Shown here in pieces: positions 45,332 to 58,671 of a stretch of 64,000 nucleotides of DNA. Below the pieces are notes generated by a model. It was not told the origin of the DNA. It ran no database searches and worked only from the letters and a program-made list of their open reading frames with translations. The DNA is from Phaeosaccion multiseriatum. Taxonomy: Eukaryota > Protista > Ochrophyta, other classes. A program made the translations under genes and the position numbers. The stretch's first letter is position 1. Each line of letters opens with the position of its first letter. The stretch covers positions 6,386,001 through 6,450,000 of the forward strand of contig OZ218950.1 of the NCBI GenBank assembly GCA_965112735.1, written 5' to 3'.

Positions 45332-47405
45332 GAGCGAGAGAGAGAGAGAGAGAGAGAGAGAGGACATACTTGAGGAGGGATGAGAAGTTGGGGGGGGGGG
45401 GGGGTAGAGGAATTGACCTTAACTCCGCCTTCCTTCGGCGCCGTCTGCTCGTCACACTGCCCAAGCCCTGCGCCCTCGGAGCTGAGTAGGCAGACATGCG
45501 CCCACCGTCAACTCAACCTCCGAGTATGTACCAACCGGCCCGCTAGTGGCCCGCTAGTGTAAGGAGTCAAGGGGACAAGACCCCAACCATACGCTCTCTC
45601 TCCTTCTCTGGCCTGCTCTCTTGATGAAACTGAAACTGAAACTGTAACTGACACTGACACTGGCCCTGAAACTGACCTGCTCTCTGTGAGGACCCGCATG
45701 CCGCTCATAATCGGGCTGTGCAGCACAACAGCCGCTATGGGCACCGCCTGCTCTATCATGTAGCAGGTGGGCCCGCTGCCCACGCTCTGAGGTTGGTGCA
45801 GTGAGGCATGGAGGCATGGCGTGGGGGATAAGGAATGGAAAAGGGAGAGGGGGAGGGGGAGAGACAGAGGGAGAGCGGGAGGGGGAGGAGAAGAAGAGAG
45901 GGAGAGGGAGAAGGAGAAGGAAAGGGAGAAGGAGAGGGTTCACGTGCGCACGGGACGAGTGTGTGCGCGTGCGTGAGTGTGTGAGTGAGTGTGCGTGTGT
46001 GAGCAGGTGGAAAGACAGACAACCAATCTTTGGGGTCACCCCCCAACGCAATGAGCCAAAGCAACAAACCACAGTGTACAGTCCCGCTGTGGCTGCTTAG
46101 GTACTCCCCCCTCAACACCTTCAACAAAACATCAGCTCAGGCTATAGTACCCTGTGTAGTTTACGATACCTGTCCGTAAAGTATAATGCCGTGGCTGCCG
46201 TCGGCGCCGTCTCCCTCCTCTCCCTCCTCGCACACTTGTGCCTTGGTCCATTGATACACCGCCTTAAGGTCCGCGTACGTCTTTCTGGCAGTGGCCGCAC
46301 CCGACGAGGACATACCATACCCTGTGTAGTCATATATTACTACATTGACCGCTACATTCGTCGCGATGCCAACACACGTCTCGGCCATACTCCCGATATC
46401 TGCGGCGTTCCCTGCAGGAGGAGGGGGAGGAGGAGGAGGAGGAGGAGGAGGAGGAGGAGGAGGAGGAGGAGGAGGAGGAGGAGGAGGAGGGCATGGGCGA
46501 AGAGTTACATGCAGTGCAGCGTCCAAGCTCCAACAAAAGGGGCTTCATCCAGCTCACCGTGACTATAAATGACCGTGTAGCGAGCCTTGGCCCCTCGTTT
46601 TCGGAAGAGAACTACAGGTATTCTGCTCTTGTGCGCTGTTTGCACCATAGCGACCGTTGTCCACGGCCAAGGACGAAACTGTGGCGAGGGGGCAGGGCAC
46701 AGTGCATGAAGCGAGGGCCACGATAGCAAGCAGCCAAGACAATTCAGAATCATCGGGATGTAGCGTTGCTGCTCCCTCTGCTACTGCGACAGAGACTCAC
46801 ATCCAAAAATTGCGCCACCTCTAATTCCAGCTCCTCTGCGGGAGATACTCCCTCCTCCTCTTCCGTCTTTGCGTCTCCCTCCTCCTCTTTCTTCTTGGCG
46901 TCTCTCTCCTTCTCCTTTTTCACTATTGTGTCTGGTGAGATGGATCAACGTTGGGGGGAGGAGGTATGCGTATGCCATGAGGTACTGGTTCGCCTCGCTT
47001 TGAGGCCTAATTTTGCAGCTGCTACATCCACGCTCCCTCCTGACAGCATTTCAAACCAGGCTACTTACAGCACGGTGGGTTTGGAGGGAAGAAAGTGAGA
47101 GCTCCCTGAACAACGTCCGCCTTGCATCCAGACTTGCAATACCTAAGGACCGTCGAGGCGGGCGGTGGGGTGGAAGGCAGTAGGATCAGAGATACACCCC
47201 ATTAAAGAACAGAGATTCCAGACAAGACAAGTACTGCAAGGATTGAGAACGGACCGAAGAAGCAGGGGAAGAGGAAACAAAGATGCCTGAGCAAGGGCCC
47301 GTAAAAATACGTAAACTGCCTTTCCTTTTCCCTTCTTAAGAGCGTCTCTCCTTCTCAAACCGATCTCACTCACATGCCCATCAGCACACATACTACGCCT
47401 CCCAT
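44107..47405 (-). CDS. ABHD17: ABHD17-family depalmitoylase (alpha/beta hydrolase), multi-exon
   Basis: MGGVVCVLMGM|YCKSGCK..TFFPPNPP, VIYSHG|NAADIG, YDYTGYG, YGQ|SVGSGP, VLHSPIMSG, IIHGKEDE, GHND, EYYKRF. Confidence 0.93.
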
Positions 47406-47535
47406 GATAGAGAAGGGGCGAGCCCCTGCTGATCGGAGAAGAGCTTGTAAGAGGGGGGAGCGAGGGGGAAGATTCCATGTGAATTTCAATTTATAAATCT
47501 TCCATCTTCTATACTTGTATTCTCTCCCCCCCCCC

Positions 47536-49780
47536 TTACACTCCCCACAGCTTGTGCTTCCTCCTCCCGAGGATGGGATGGGCGTCTTCATCTTCGCTGT
47601 CTGAAGCACCAACATCAGCAGCAGCAGCGGGTTCCTCCACGCCGTCTCTCGCTCTCCGAGAGGAACCGCCACGGCCGCTTCCCTCGCCCCCTCTCTTAAC
47701 CTTGGGACGACTGCTCCGATGGCCTTTCCTCTTCCTGCTGCTGCCCTCGGCCTCACTGTCGCTTGCGGCGGAATGTGACGTCAGAGTGGAGGCGGACGAG
47801 TCGCTTCCGTCGTCGTCGTCGGAAGAAGAGTTCTTCCGCCGTTTCTTACTGGAGTGAGAAGAGGAGTGACGCCGATGCTTGCCGCCTTCTCTTGCCTTCT
47901 TGTGCTTCTTGCTGTGCTTCTTTCTCGCCTTCTTGTCTTTCTTCGACGAGCTCTTCTTCTTCCGCTTCCGCTCACGCCCACCCCTCCCATCCTTGGCCAT
48001 CCTGCTCCCCGTCTCCTCCTCCTCCTCCTCCTCCTCCCCTTCCTCCTCTCCTCCTCCCCCTCCTCCTCCAAACAGCAACTGCTGCTCCTGTCTCGCCGAC
48101 GCAGCCGCGGCCTTCCCCCCTATAGCCCCCATGGGTCCTCCTCCATTGGGCTCACTTCCTCCTATCACCAGCCCATACTCATCCACCCGAGCCTTCCCCC
48201 CGAGCCCAGCCACGGCAGATGATACCATCAGCCCATTTCCTAGACTACTCCGGGACGACGCTGCCATCCCCACATCTCCTCCTCCTCCTCCTCCTCCTCC
48301 TCCTCCTCCTCCTCCTCCTCCTCCTCCTCCTCCTCCTCCTCCTCCTCCTCCTCCCCGCCCCAGGATGGCTGCATTGGCCGCCGCATCCGCCCCTCTCAAC
48401 AGGGGGTTGAGTCCCTTGCTCGCCTGCACGCGTAACCGCGCCGTCGTGGACTCTTGGTACTTGCGCGCGTTGACGCACGACGGGTCAATGCTCAGCGCCT
48501 TTTCGAAGCCCTCGAGCGCCAGCCCGAGGTTTCCCATGTTAGCCTGGATGTATAGGCACCACGCAGTACAGAGGACACACGTAGAGGGTAGAAGTAAGCA
48601 GGATTGATTCGGATACTCCTAGGAGACAGCTCGATAAGTCAACCAAATCAGTCCGTCCGTCGTCGTCACAGCCCCCCTCACTCGCTCTCTCTCTTCTGTT
48701 CACAACCAAGACGATGAGCTCCAAGCTCCAATCCCCCAACAACACTCTTACTCTCTGGCCCACCTGTGCCGCCCCGCGAGCCACCAATGCATCCACATGA
48801 CTGGGCAGCATGTTGAGGGCCTGTTCATAGTACTTGAGCGCAGCGGAGTGCTGCCCCTGCTTGGCCAGCGCGATGCCCTTGCTCACGCGCTCGTCAGCCC
48901 AGGCGGCGTTCTGATCGTCTCGGAGGGTGTCGTAGTACCACTCTTGCTGGGACAGAAGGGGTAGGGGTGGCGGGGGTGGTGGCTGATCTCGCTGCTGCCG
49001 CTGTTGCTGCTCCTCCTCTGCACTGTTACTTGGCCTTTGCCTCTTCTTACCGCTACTCCTACTTGTCCCCCCTTTCTTCTCGCCAGCAGCTGCCGCACCG
49101 GAAAGGGGGCTTCCTGCCTCCCTCCCCGATTCTCCTCCTCCTCCTGCTCCTCCTCCTCCTTCTACTGCTGCGGCTACCTCTTGTGTCGCTTCCGCCGCCG
49201 TCGCCGCTACCGGGCCGTCCTTCCAACAGTCCACCAACAGCGACACATTCTGCTGCAAGCCCCACGCGGTCGCCATGCCCTCCGTGGCATAGGGGTTGTG
49301 AAACGACTTGTCTTCCAGCAGGATTGTGTTGTACGGCTTGCTCTCGCTGTCACTACCACTGCCACTGCTGCTACCACTGCCGCTGCCCGCACCGTTCCTA
49401 CTCGAGCCGCCGCCGTGGGAGCTTCCGTTCTTCCCAGCCGCTGCTGCTGGCCGCCCCCAGCGACTCTTCCGCGTCGGCTGCTCCCTCGGCAAAAACTCCT
49501 CGATGGCAGGCATCCAGGAGAATGCCCAGGTATCTGCCTCCTCTCCCACCGCCGCGCCGTGCTGCTGACCATCACCGCTGCCTAAATGCGTCCTCTCCTC
49601 GTCCTCCTCGGCCCGGAGCGCCCTTTGCTGCTGCTTTTCCAGCAGCGTCAACGATATTGGGGGTGTCCTACTGCTGCTACTGCTACTGGGGGGGGTGGTG
49701 GGGGCGGTGGCAGAGATCCCGAGTAAGCCCGCTTCGCTCAACCGAACGTCCACTCGCGGCAGCTCCCCTCCGCCTAACAT
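47536..49780 (-). CDS. TTC14: TTC14-like TPR protein with a Lys/Ser/Arg-rich tail; 2 exons (5' end uncertain)
   Basis: FHNPYATEGMA..GL, YDTLRDDQNAAWADERVSKGI, ALKYYEQAL..HVDALVARGAAQ|ANMGNLGLALEGFEKALSIDPSCVNARKY. Confidence 0.78.
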
Positions 49781-50240
49781 ATTCCCCCCCCCCTTGTCGT
49801 CTCTCTTCCTAAAGAACCTTCGGTGCCGGCTCTAAAATCCCTCCATCTCCGAAAATGACAGAACTCGGTTGAGAATTTGCGTTTTAGCTCATTCTCTCGG
49901 CAATACTCGGGCTAGCGATCTAGCAAACAACAACAACAACAACAACAACAACATCCAACTCTCCTCTTTCGTGGAGGACGATGCGTACCAGGGCGGGCTA
50001 CAGGGAGCAAACCATCACGTGTGCTCGTTATTTACCAGCATCTTGGCATTAAGAACGCACCCCTCGTAGGGGGTCTCATAGGTGGCGTGTCTCACGGCAC
50101 GCGATCGAAGAGAAGGACTTGCAGCAAGCAGCAGCAAGCAGCAGCAAGCAGGAGCGAGAACTAACTACCCACTCCTAATTCTCTTCAGGGGGCGCAAAAG
50201 AATCGTGAATGGAAAAGGCAGGGAGAGAGGCGTAGGAGGC

Positions 50241-51404
50241 ATGGCGAGAAGCGGGGGGGAAGCAGGTGGGGTTGCGGTGGGGGGGATGCCTCCCATCGCT
50301 GCTGCTGCTGCTGCTACTGCTGCCGGGCCGTCGGAAGACAGGACGCGGAGCGCCAAGGTTGACAACCTGTTGATGCGACTGAACCTCAGAGGCCAGGTGG
50401 GAGAGCCGCGGGAGGAAATGGTGACAGGCCGAGGGAAGAGGACCCGAAAGAGGAAGACAGCATGGGGAGGGGACGCGGACACGGAGGGCAGAGGCAGGGC
50501 GAGGAGCGACGTAATGTGGAGGACGCCGGCAGCGGATGGGGCAGAGTCAGACGACGAAGAAGGTCAAGATGATCCAGACTTGGCAGACGGCAGGAGTAAA
50601 AGAGCGTGTAGTTTGGTGGTGGAGATGGATCCATTGCCCGATGCAGGCAAGCGAGAGCAAATCCTAATGTCAGTGGACCTGACTCGCAAGGGCCTGACCG
50701 CGGGTGAAGCGATTCTGCTGGCTCCCACCCTTCGTATGACCACCACAATAGAGAGCCTGCGGCTTTGCTACAACGCCCTCGGAGACCAAGGAGCGGAGGC
50801 AGTGGCGAGGGCCGTTGAGACACACGTCTTTCTCAAGATTTTGGACCTCGGCTTCAATCAGGTACGTTGTGCAACTCATGCTCACGCCTCTCAATTGTAG
50901 AAAGATGATATAAAGATGGCATAAAAGTGGCGGGCGCCACCGCCACGACCACCGCTCTTTTATACATTGGTTTTCTCTGTCTCTCACACACACATTTCTT
51001 TCTCTCTCTCTTTCACAGATCGGCGACGCAGGGGCGGCCTCCTTGGCACGAGCTCTCGTCAAGAACCGCTCCGTGCAGACCCTCTACCTCTCCGGCAACA
51101 ACATCGGCGGGCAAGGAGCCACCGCCCTCGCCAACAGCCTCAAGACAAACTCCAGCCTCACTTGTTTGCACCTCACCTTTAACAGTGTGGGTCCAGATGG
51201 AGCATGTGCGCTCGCAGAGGCCCTTCGCACCAACGCCTCGTTGGCTCGGTTGTATATTAGCGGGGCCGCCGTTGGAGTGAGAGGGAGTCGCGCCTTGGGG
51301 GCTGTCTTGGCCAGCAACACCACTCTGCGCTTCCTCCAGCTCAGCGACAACGACATTCAGGATCAGGTGTGTGTGTAAGAGTGAGAGAGAGAGAGAAACA
51401 GAGA

Positions 51405-51451
<47 letters not shown>

Positions 51452-54400
51452 GGGGGGGAGGGCGGAGGGGGAGAGAGCGGCAAGGGCACCGAGGGGCGAG
51501 GTGGCTGAACGCACATGGTCGAAATTCACTTGTTCGATAGCGTGTGACATCACGCAGAGGTGCTGCGTGAGCCCGCTCTGTAACGCCTGTAATGCCCTCT
51601 TCCCCCGCACCAACGCCCACTCACAACTGGCACAAACAGGGTGTGTACGCCCTGGCCGAAGCGCTGCAGCGCAATCGGGGCATGAAGACACTAGAGTTGG
51701 GATTCAACGGACTCACAGTTGCCGGGGTGGAGGCCCTGATGATGATCTTGGGCGGCTACACAGCCCTGCATGAGCTCAACCTCAGCAACAATCAGGTGGG
51801 GGACGTGGGGGCGGCCCACATCGCTACGGTCATTCCCACACTCTCCTCCCTGAGGTTTCTCGACCTGGGCTTCAATCGAATCGGGACCAAGGGAGTTACC
51901 GCGCTCATGAAGGTGGGTGCATGTGTGTGTGGGTGCGCGGGCGCGTGGCTGAGTGCGTGCGTGCAAGTGTTGTACCAAGAGTTTTGAGCAGGCCGACCCC
52001 CGACTTGTTCGGGCGTGTTGTCTTTCCTGTCTCGTCGTCTCTGGCTTGTTCTTTTGTCCAATTTCCATCGTATTCTCGCTCCCTCCCCCCAAACCCACAT
52101 GCACACACACCCATAGCTCCTTTTCACCTGGTATTTTTCGTGCTGTGCCTATAGCAATCATCTTGAAATGTTAAGCAAATGGAGTATGCCTTCGCGCACT
52201 TCTTACATCACCTTACAATACCCACTCCACTCCACTCCGTCCTCTCTCCCCCTACCCCTCTCTCTACTCCTCCCTCTCCTCAGGCCCTTCTCCAGAGCGA
52301 GATTACCCGCCTCACCCTCTCCGGTAACGCTATGGACACTGACGCCGCCAAAGCCATCGCCTACACACTCGCCCAACCCGGCTGCAGCCTCCTCGAGTTG
52401 TTCCTGGATCACGCCAATCTGGGCCATGCCGGGGAGCGGCACATCGCCGCTGGCGTGCTCAGTTGCAGGCATCTCAAGGTAGGTTGGTCCTGCCGGTTTC
52501 ACTTTATTACCTCGACGAGGGTTACCTATTCTATCACGATCCTCATATCGAGCATGATTGTCACGCAGTTGGTTCTTGTTGATTTTGAGTGTTAAATCAA
52601 CTTGTCATTGTTGGCCCTATGCCCGCCGTATCATCGAGCTGCCTTTTCCTACTCCTCCTCTCTCTTCCTCCCTTCTCCTCATCATGCTTCTTCTTCTTCT
52701 TCTTCTTCTTCTTCTTCTCCTCCTCCTCCTTCTTCTTCTTCTTCTTCTTCTTCTTCTTCTTCTTCTTCTTCTTCTTCTTCTTCTTCTTCTTCTTCTTCTC
52801 TGCCTTCCCAACGAACCTCCGTGCGATACCCAACGCAAACGCAACGCAGCTGAAGAACTTTACGGGCTTCCGCTTGGCCGCAGTGCTCGTGCAGCTGGGC
52901 ATGTCTTCCAAGGTGGAGCACTGCTCCAACGAGCAGGTGCTGGAGAGGATCAGAGACTTGTGGGCCACCCATTTGGGACAGCAAGAGCAGCGTCGGTTAC
53001 AGAACGAGCAGGAGCAGCAGCGACAGCAGCAGCTGTTGGCCTTACACCAGCAACAGCAGCAGCGACAGCAGCAGCAGCAACATAGGCAGCAGCAGCAGCA
53101 TCACTTGTTGGCGATGCAGCAGCAGGAGGAGGAGGAGGAGCAGGAGCAGCAAGTGGCCCAACTCAAGCCCCTGTTCATGGAAGCCCCCACGCCTTTCTTG
53201 CCCGCCTCGCAGGCTGCGGCACTTCAGAGCACTACTGCGTATCAACAACAATGTGCCCCTTCTCTTCTCCATCAGACCAATACGCCGCAGCAGGAGCAGC
53301 AGCAGCAGGAGCAGCAGCAGCAGATGTTTGGCCAGGGAACGGAGGTGGGTACTGTGACGAGGGTCGTGAGGTCGGGTTCGCGTGGAGAAATGACCTTTGC
53401 TGGCCATGGGGAAAGCTCTTACGGAACCGCGTACGGGGTGCCGGTGATTGCAGTTGGTAGCGCGGTTGGTAGTACACTGCTGCCAAGTAGCGCCACAGGC
53501 GGTGGTGCCTTTCGAGGCAGCGGCGGTGGCGGTGGTGGACTTGGAGGGGGCGACAACGACCAAGATATGGCGCTTGAGGGTGTAGAGGCTGCGTCATGCG
53601 ATACCTTCGGATTTGCCCTCGGTGCAGGTCTGGGGGGATTCTCCATGGGAGCGGAGGACGGAGTGTCTGGCGGAGGGGGGGAGGTGGGAGGACACCGGAG
53701 TAGGCTTACAGGTCACCACCACCACCACCACCACCACAATCATCAACATGCAAGGGCAAGAAGGGCGTCGAATGCCGGTGGAGCAGGAGGTGGGGGCAGG
53801 AGTCGTGCCAACAGCTCGGTGGGAGAGACAAAGAGAAAAGCGGGGGGGGGAGGTGGGGTGGGAGGGGGGAGGCAGAGCCCGAGCGAGACTGGAGCCGCTG
53901 TGGCTATCGTTGGGGGCGGGGGCGGGGATGGGGGTGGCTTACTCTTCATCGATCGGACGAGGCAGGTCTCCTCCTCCTCTGCGCAGACCACCTCCACGTC
54001 GCCAATCTCGTTCTGTTCAGATGATGATCATGTGTCGTCCAACGGAGGCAGTCCGTGTCTTCCTGCAGGCATCAAGACCATCTCTCCGCAGCTGCTGGAC
54101 ACACACGCAGCGGTAGGCTTGACGAGTGAGCAGATTCAGGAATTAAGGCAGATTGTCGGCCTGCCCTTCGACGGCGCGGAGCTGTGGTGCCTTCATCAGT
54201 ACTATGTGAGCCCGCCTCCCAATCCGCAGCTTCACGCCGACAACACTGAAGGGGGAGGAGGAGGAGGAGGAGGAGGAGGAGGAGGAGGAGGAGGAGGAGG
54301 AGGAGGGGGCATGCAGCATCAGGGGCAGGGGGGGGAGCACCATCACCATCATCAGGGTGGGGGGGGGGAGAGCGATGACCAGGGCCTGTACCCGCACCCG

Positions 54401-54859
54401 CCGGCAGCGAAGCGGGCAGCCAACAGCCTTACCAAGACCCGTATTGCGTACATGCCCCGCATCAAGGCAAAGCTCGAGGCTCTGAAGCGTGATGAGCACA
54501 AGGTCCTGACACTTTTGCGGCAAGTCAGGTACCTGGAGATGCTCTTCGCCAACCCCCGTGCTCCCCACCCTCCTCCCCATCCTCTTCCCCATCTGACTGG
54601 CTCGTGTACTGGAGCGACCGCCGCTGCTGCCTCTCCTGGGGGAACGTTTGGCAGTGCATTCCGCGCTACTGGCGCTGCCACTGCTGCTGGAGGATGGAGT
54701 GCTGCTGCTGCTGAAGGTCCTGCTGGTGGTGGTGCTGATGAAGCTGCCGGAGACGGTGCGGGGGTGGGTATGGGCGGCACCATGCAAGCACGGGGTGCCA
54801 TGCATGCACCGAGGACGATGGGGCCTGACATGGAGACGCTGCTATTGGAACTCGCGTAG
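50241..54859 (+). CDS. RNI-like (NLRC3-type) leucine-rich repeat protein with a polyQ/polyG C-terminal region; about 5 exons
   Basis: 28-aa LRRs: LRLCYNALGDQGAEAVA, LYLSGNNIGGQGATALA, LELGFNGL, LNLSNNQVGDVGAAHIA, LTLSGNAMD. Confidence 0.85.
52688..52800. repeat. (CTT)n trinucleotide tract, intronic
   Basis: About 37 units. Confidence 0.95.
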
Positions 54860-55770
54860 GCTACGCATGGGGTCAGTCGGTCGCTCGGTCGGTCATCTGC
54901 TGGTGGGACTGTTCATCTCTCTGACTCTCTTTCTCTTCTCTCTCCTCCTGATCGACACCTATGCGTGAAGGAATGGAAGGAAGGTTAGGACATGTGGGGG
55001 TGGGGCGCCTTCTGCCATGGGCTGCCTTCTACCACCTCCGAGCCGGGGAGAGAACGAGGGGGAGGGGGGATGGGTGTAGTCCCTGCTCGCGCGGCTTGTG
55101 GATGGGTCCTTTCTCCGTGTGCCTCGTGCTGCAGAGGTGGAAGGCGAGAAAAATGGGGTGTGGAAGGGTGGGGAGGAGGCCGGAAGGGTGTGGCCAACGG
55201 AGTCGCACCGCACCCACCGTGGTGAGGCTCTTTTTTGTATATTTCGTCAAGGTGGGGTGGTTTCTGCTTCTTGCTGAAACGGAGCGCGGCCAAGGGACGG
55301 GGATGCGGAGAGGGAGGGGTGAGGGGTGAGGGGTTGTATAGTATATGTCGTTGGGATTTGATTTTTTATTTTATTCAAGTAGTGAGCGGAGATTTTTTTT
55401 TGTAGACGTAGACGTTTTTTTTTTTAATTAAATAGGGAGGGCGTGTGATCTTTGCGGGAGTTTTGGGTGCTGGATTGGGGTGTGGGTCCGGGGAGGCAGA
55501 AGCAGCAAGAAGCAGCGGGATAATCTTGAAAGGGAGAGAGCCTTCCCTCTTTTGAAGATGGGAGGATGTGGAGCAGTAGGGGACGGGGGGTCGGCATCCT
55601 AAGGTATAATAAAATATGAAGCTATTTTTTCCGTCTCTCGTCCCTCCCTGCCCTTCCTGTAAGTCAATAAGTATCTCCCAAAATGTGGGCGAGCAAGCCT
55701 CAAGCAAGCACAGAACAGTGCGTGGTGTGTGTGTGCGTGCGTGCGTGCGTGCGTGAGTGAGTAAGTGGTT

Positions 55771-55895
55771 GGGTGAGTGTGAGTGGTGGGTAAGTGTGAG
55801 TGTGAGTGGTGGGTGAGTGTGAGTGGTGGGTGAGTGTGAGTGGTGGGTGAGTGTGAGTGGTGGGTGAGTGTGAGTGGTGGGTGAGTGGGTGAGTG
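55771..55895. repeat. 17-bp minisatellite (GGGTGAGTGTGAGTGGT)n upstream of TTC5
   Basis: About 6-7 tandem copies. Confidence 0.85.
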
Positions 55896-55988
55896 AGAAG
55901 GGAGGGAGGGGCGAGTTCCAATGCCAATAAGCTAACAAAAGCTAACGACGGCGGTTCAAACACGAAAACAAAACGAGAGACATCAATA

Positions 55989-58640
55989 ATGGCACCGTCA
56001 GGAACAGGAGCCACGAGGGAGTCTCCTCCACCCCCCCCCTCGAAAGAGGGAGAAGAAGCAGCAGCAGCACCAGCGACCACAGTAGCGGAAGGAAAAGTAG
56101 CAGGAGAAGTGGAGGAAGAAGAGCGGCTTCTGGCAGTGGCCGAGTCGAAGCTGAAGGCCCTTTACGACCTGCATGACTACTTCTTCTCCCCAGAGCGATC
56201 AGAAAAGCTGGTGAGACTCAAACACAGCTGCGGGAGGGGAGTAATCCTCGTGTTTCACGTCTGTTATCTTGCATCACCCTCTCGACGGCTTTTCTATTCT
56301 CCTCGCGGCCCGCAGCTATCACACGACGCATCGCTCACCGTCTCAACACGCCTGCCCACCCAGAGTCTCACCTGCTCCCACGACATTTCTGTCCCCGACC
56401 CACCTTCCCCCGCCCCTGCCCTGGTGAACGAAACAGGAGCTTCTTCAGCAGGCGGCTCAGGAAGTGGAAGATGCCGTGGATGCCATTGGACAGGGAAAAA
56501 CCAATCGCCAGGTTCGTTTCGTCGTGCCTGTTGTGTCGCAAGCCTTGACGTGGGGCTTCCCGTAGGCCTTCTTTTTCCTCGAGCGTCTCCACTCTCGTCA
56601 GAACACACTCACACCCACCCCACACCCTACCCAACCTTACAGCGCTCGCGACTGTCCTACCTCCGAGGCCGAGCTTTGGATGCGCTCCCCACGTACAGCG
56701 CAGCCGCGGAGGCGAGCCTGCAGAAGGCAGTGAAGCTGCACCCCTCCAATGTCGATGCCTGGAACGCGCTGGGGCACTGCTTTTGGAAGAAGCGGGAGCT
56801 TTCCTCCGCGGTCAACTGCTATAAGGAGGCGCTTGAAAAGGTTGGTTTGGTTTGGTTGGCCTTGGTTTGCTTTGCTTTGGGTTGTCTTGCGGCGAGTGAG
56901 GGGTATGTGTGCCCCACCTCCCCCCCCCACTTCTTTTCTCCCACGCGCCCGCCGACCCTGCTCTTCTTCTCTGCTCTTTTCTCTTCCGTTCGCTTTTGTT
57001 CGACCTGCCGACGAATGCTTCCTTCCTTCCAGGCTCCCAATGCCAAGAGTCTCCAACAGCTCTCCATGCTGCTAAGACAGCTCACGGGGACGAAGGATCA
57101 GGCCCTCGCCAACCTACAGGAGTCTGTGCAGGTAAGTGTGTGTGTGTTGTGTGTGTGTGTGTGTGCGCGTGTTGTGTGTGTGTGTGTGTGTGTGTACATG
57201 TATGTGTGCCTACCCCCCTAACCCCCCTCACTCCTCCCCCCCCTCCCTAACCCTTACTCCCTCCTCCCCGCTATGCTTAAAGCTGGCGAAGCAAGCGGTG
57301 GCATTGGGTGTCACAGATGGCGAGTCTTGGTACGTGCTGGGCAATGCTTACGTGGCGAGCTACTTCAGAGCCACCCATGATCTTCGAGAGTTGGACAGGT
57401 GAGTAAGCTCGTCAGTGAGCGGGGGGAGGGGGGAGATGGAGTGTGAATTGTTGTCAAGTGTAATACACCACTGAAACTGAAACTGAAACCACGACCTAAC
57501 CTTCGCCTACTCCGCCACCCACCCACCCGCACTCAGGGCTTTGCAAGCATACCACAGAGCGGCGGCGAACGGAGCGGAGCAGAACCCGGACCTTTTCTAC
57601 AATAGAGCAAAAGGTGTGTGTATGTGTGTGTGAGAGAGAGAGGGGGTATGTATGTGTGTGTGTGAACATATGTGTGTGTGGGGGGGGGGGGAAGGGGTAG
57701 AGATGTGTGTGTGTGTGTGTGCGCGCGTGTGCGTGCGTGTCTGGGTATATAAATGTGTGTGTGTGTGGATGTGTGTGGGTATGTGTGGGTATGTGTGGAT
57801 ATGTGTGTATGTGTGTGGGGGGGGGGGGGGGGTAGGGGCGTGTAGGTGTGTGTGATTCATTCCTCCCCTTCGACCTCGCCCCGCCCACAACCCCCCACAC
57901 CACTCACCCCTCACCTGTCCAGTCCTGCACTACCTGGAGAACTACCAAGCCGCGGCAGAGAGCTACCGAGAAGCCATGTCCATCGACCCGCTACTGCCTG
58001 CCGAGGACACCCTCGACGATCTGCAGAGAAGCGTCACAAGGGTGGCTCTCAATGTGCACACCAAGGGCAAACTCAAGCCCAAGAGGCTCGCACAGCTTGT
58101 GGCGCCTCTCCAAAAGACGCAGCAGGTTCGTTTTAACCTCGTTTCCTCCTCCTCCTTCTCCTCCTTCTCCTCCTTCTCCTCCTTCTCCTCCTCCTCCTCC
58201 TCCTCCTCCTCCTCCTCCTCCTCCGTCTGATGAGCTTCTCCTTGTTCTGCTGTCACAGGCTCCGAAGGGATACAGCTTGGTAAAGCTCAAGGATCTAGCC
58301 GAAGGAGAGGAGGGAAACGCCGGAAAGGTGAGTGCGTGCGTGCGTGCGTGTGTCCAAGGAGAGGATGCGAGGGTGGGCTCCTGGCTGGACTGGCCTGGGC
58401 TTTGTTTGCTTGGTTGGCGTGTCAATATTTTTTCATCGCCCTCGTCAAGCCGAATCAATCAATCAATCAATCAATCATGAATCAATCCATACACCAACCT
58501 CTCTTTGTCGCTGCACTGCACCCCCGCCTCTCTCTCTACCTCTTTATTCTCTATCCGTCTTTCTCATCTCTCCCCCCCCCTCTCTCATGTCTCTTTCCCT
58601 CTCTCTCTCCCTCTCCTTCTCTCTCTCATCCCCCCCTCTC

Positions 58641-58671
<31 letters not shown>

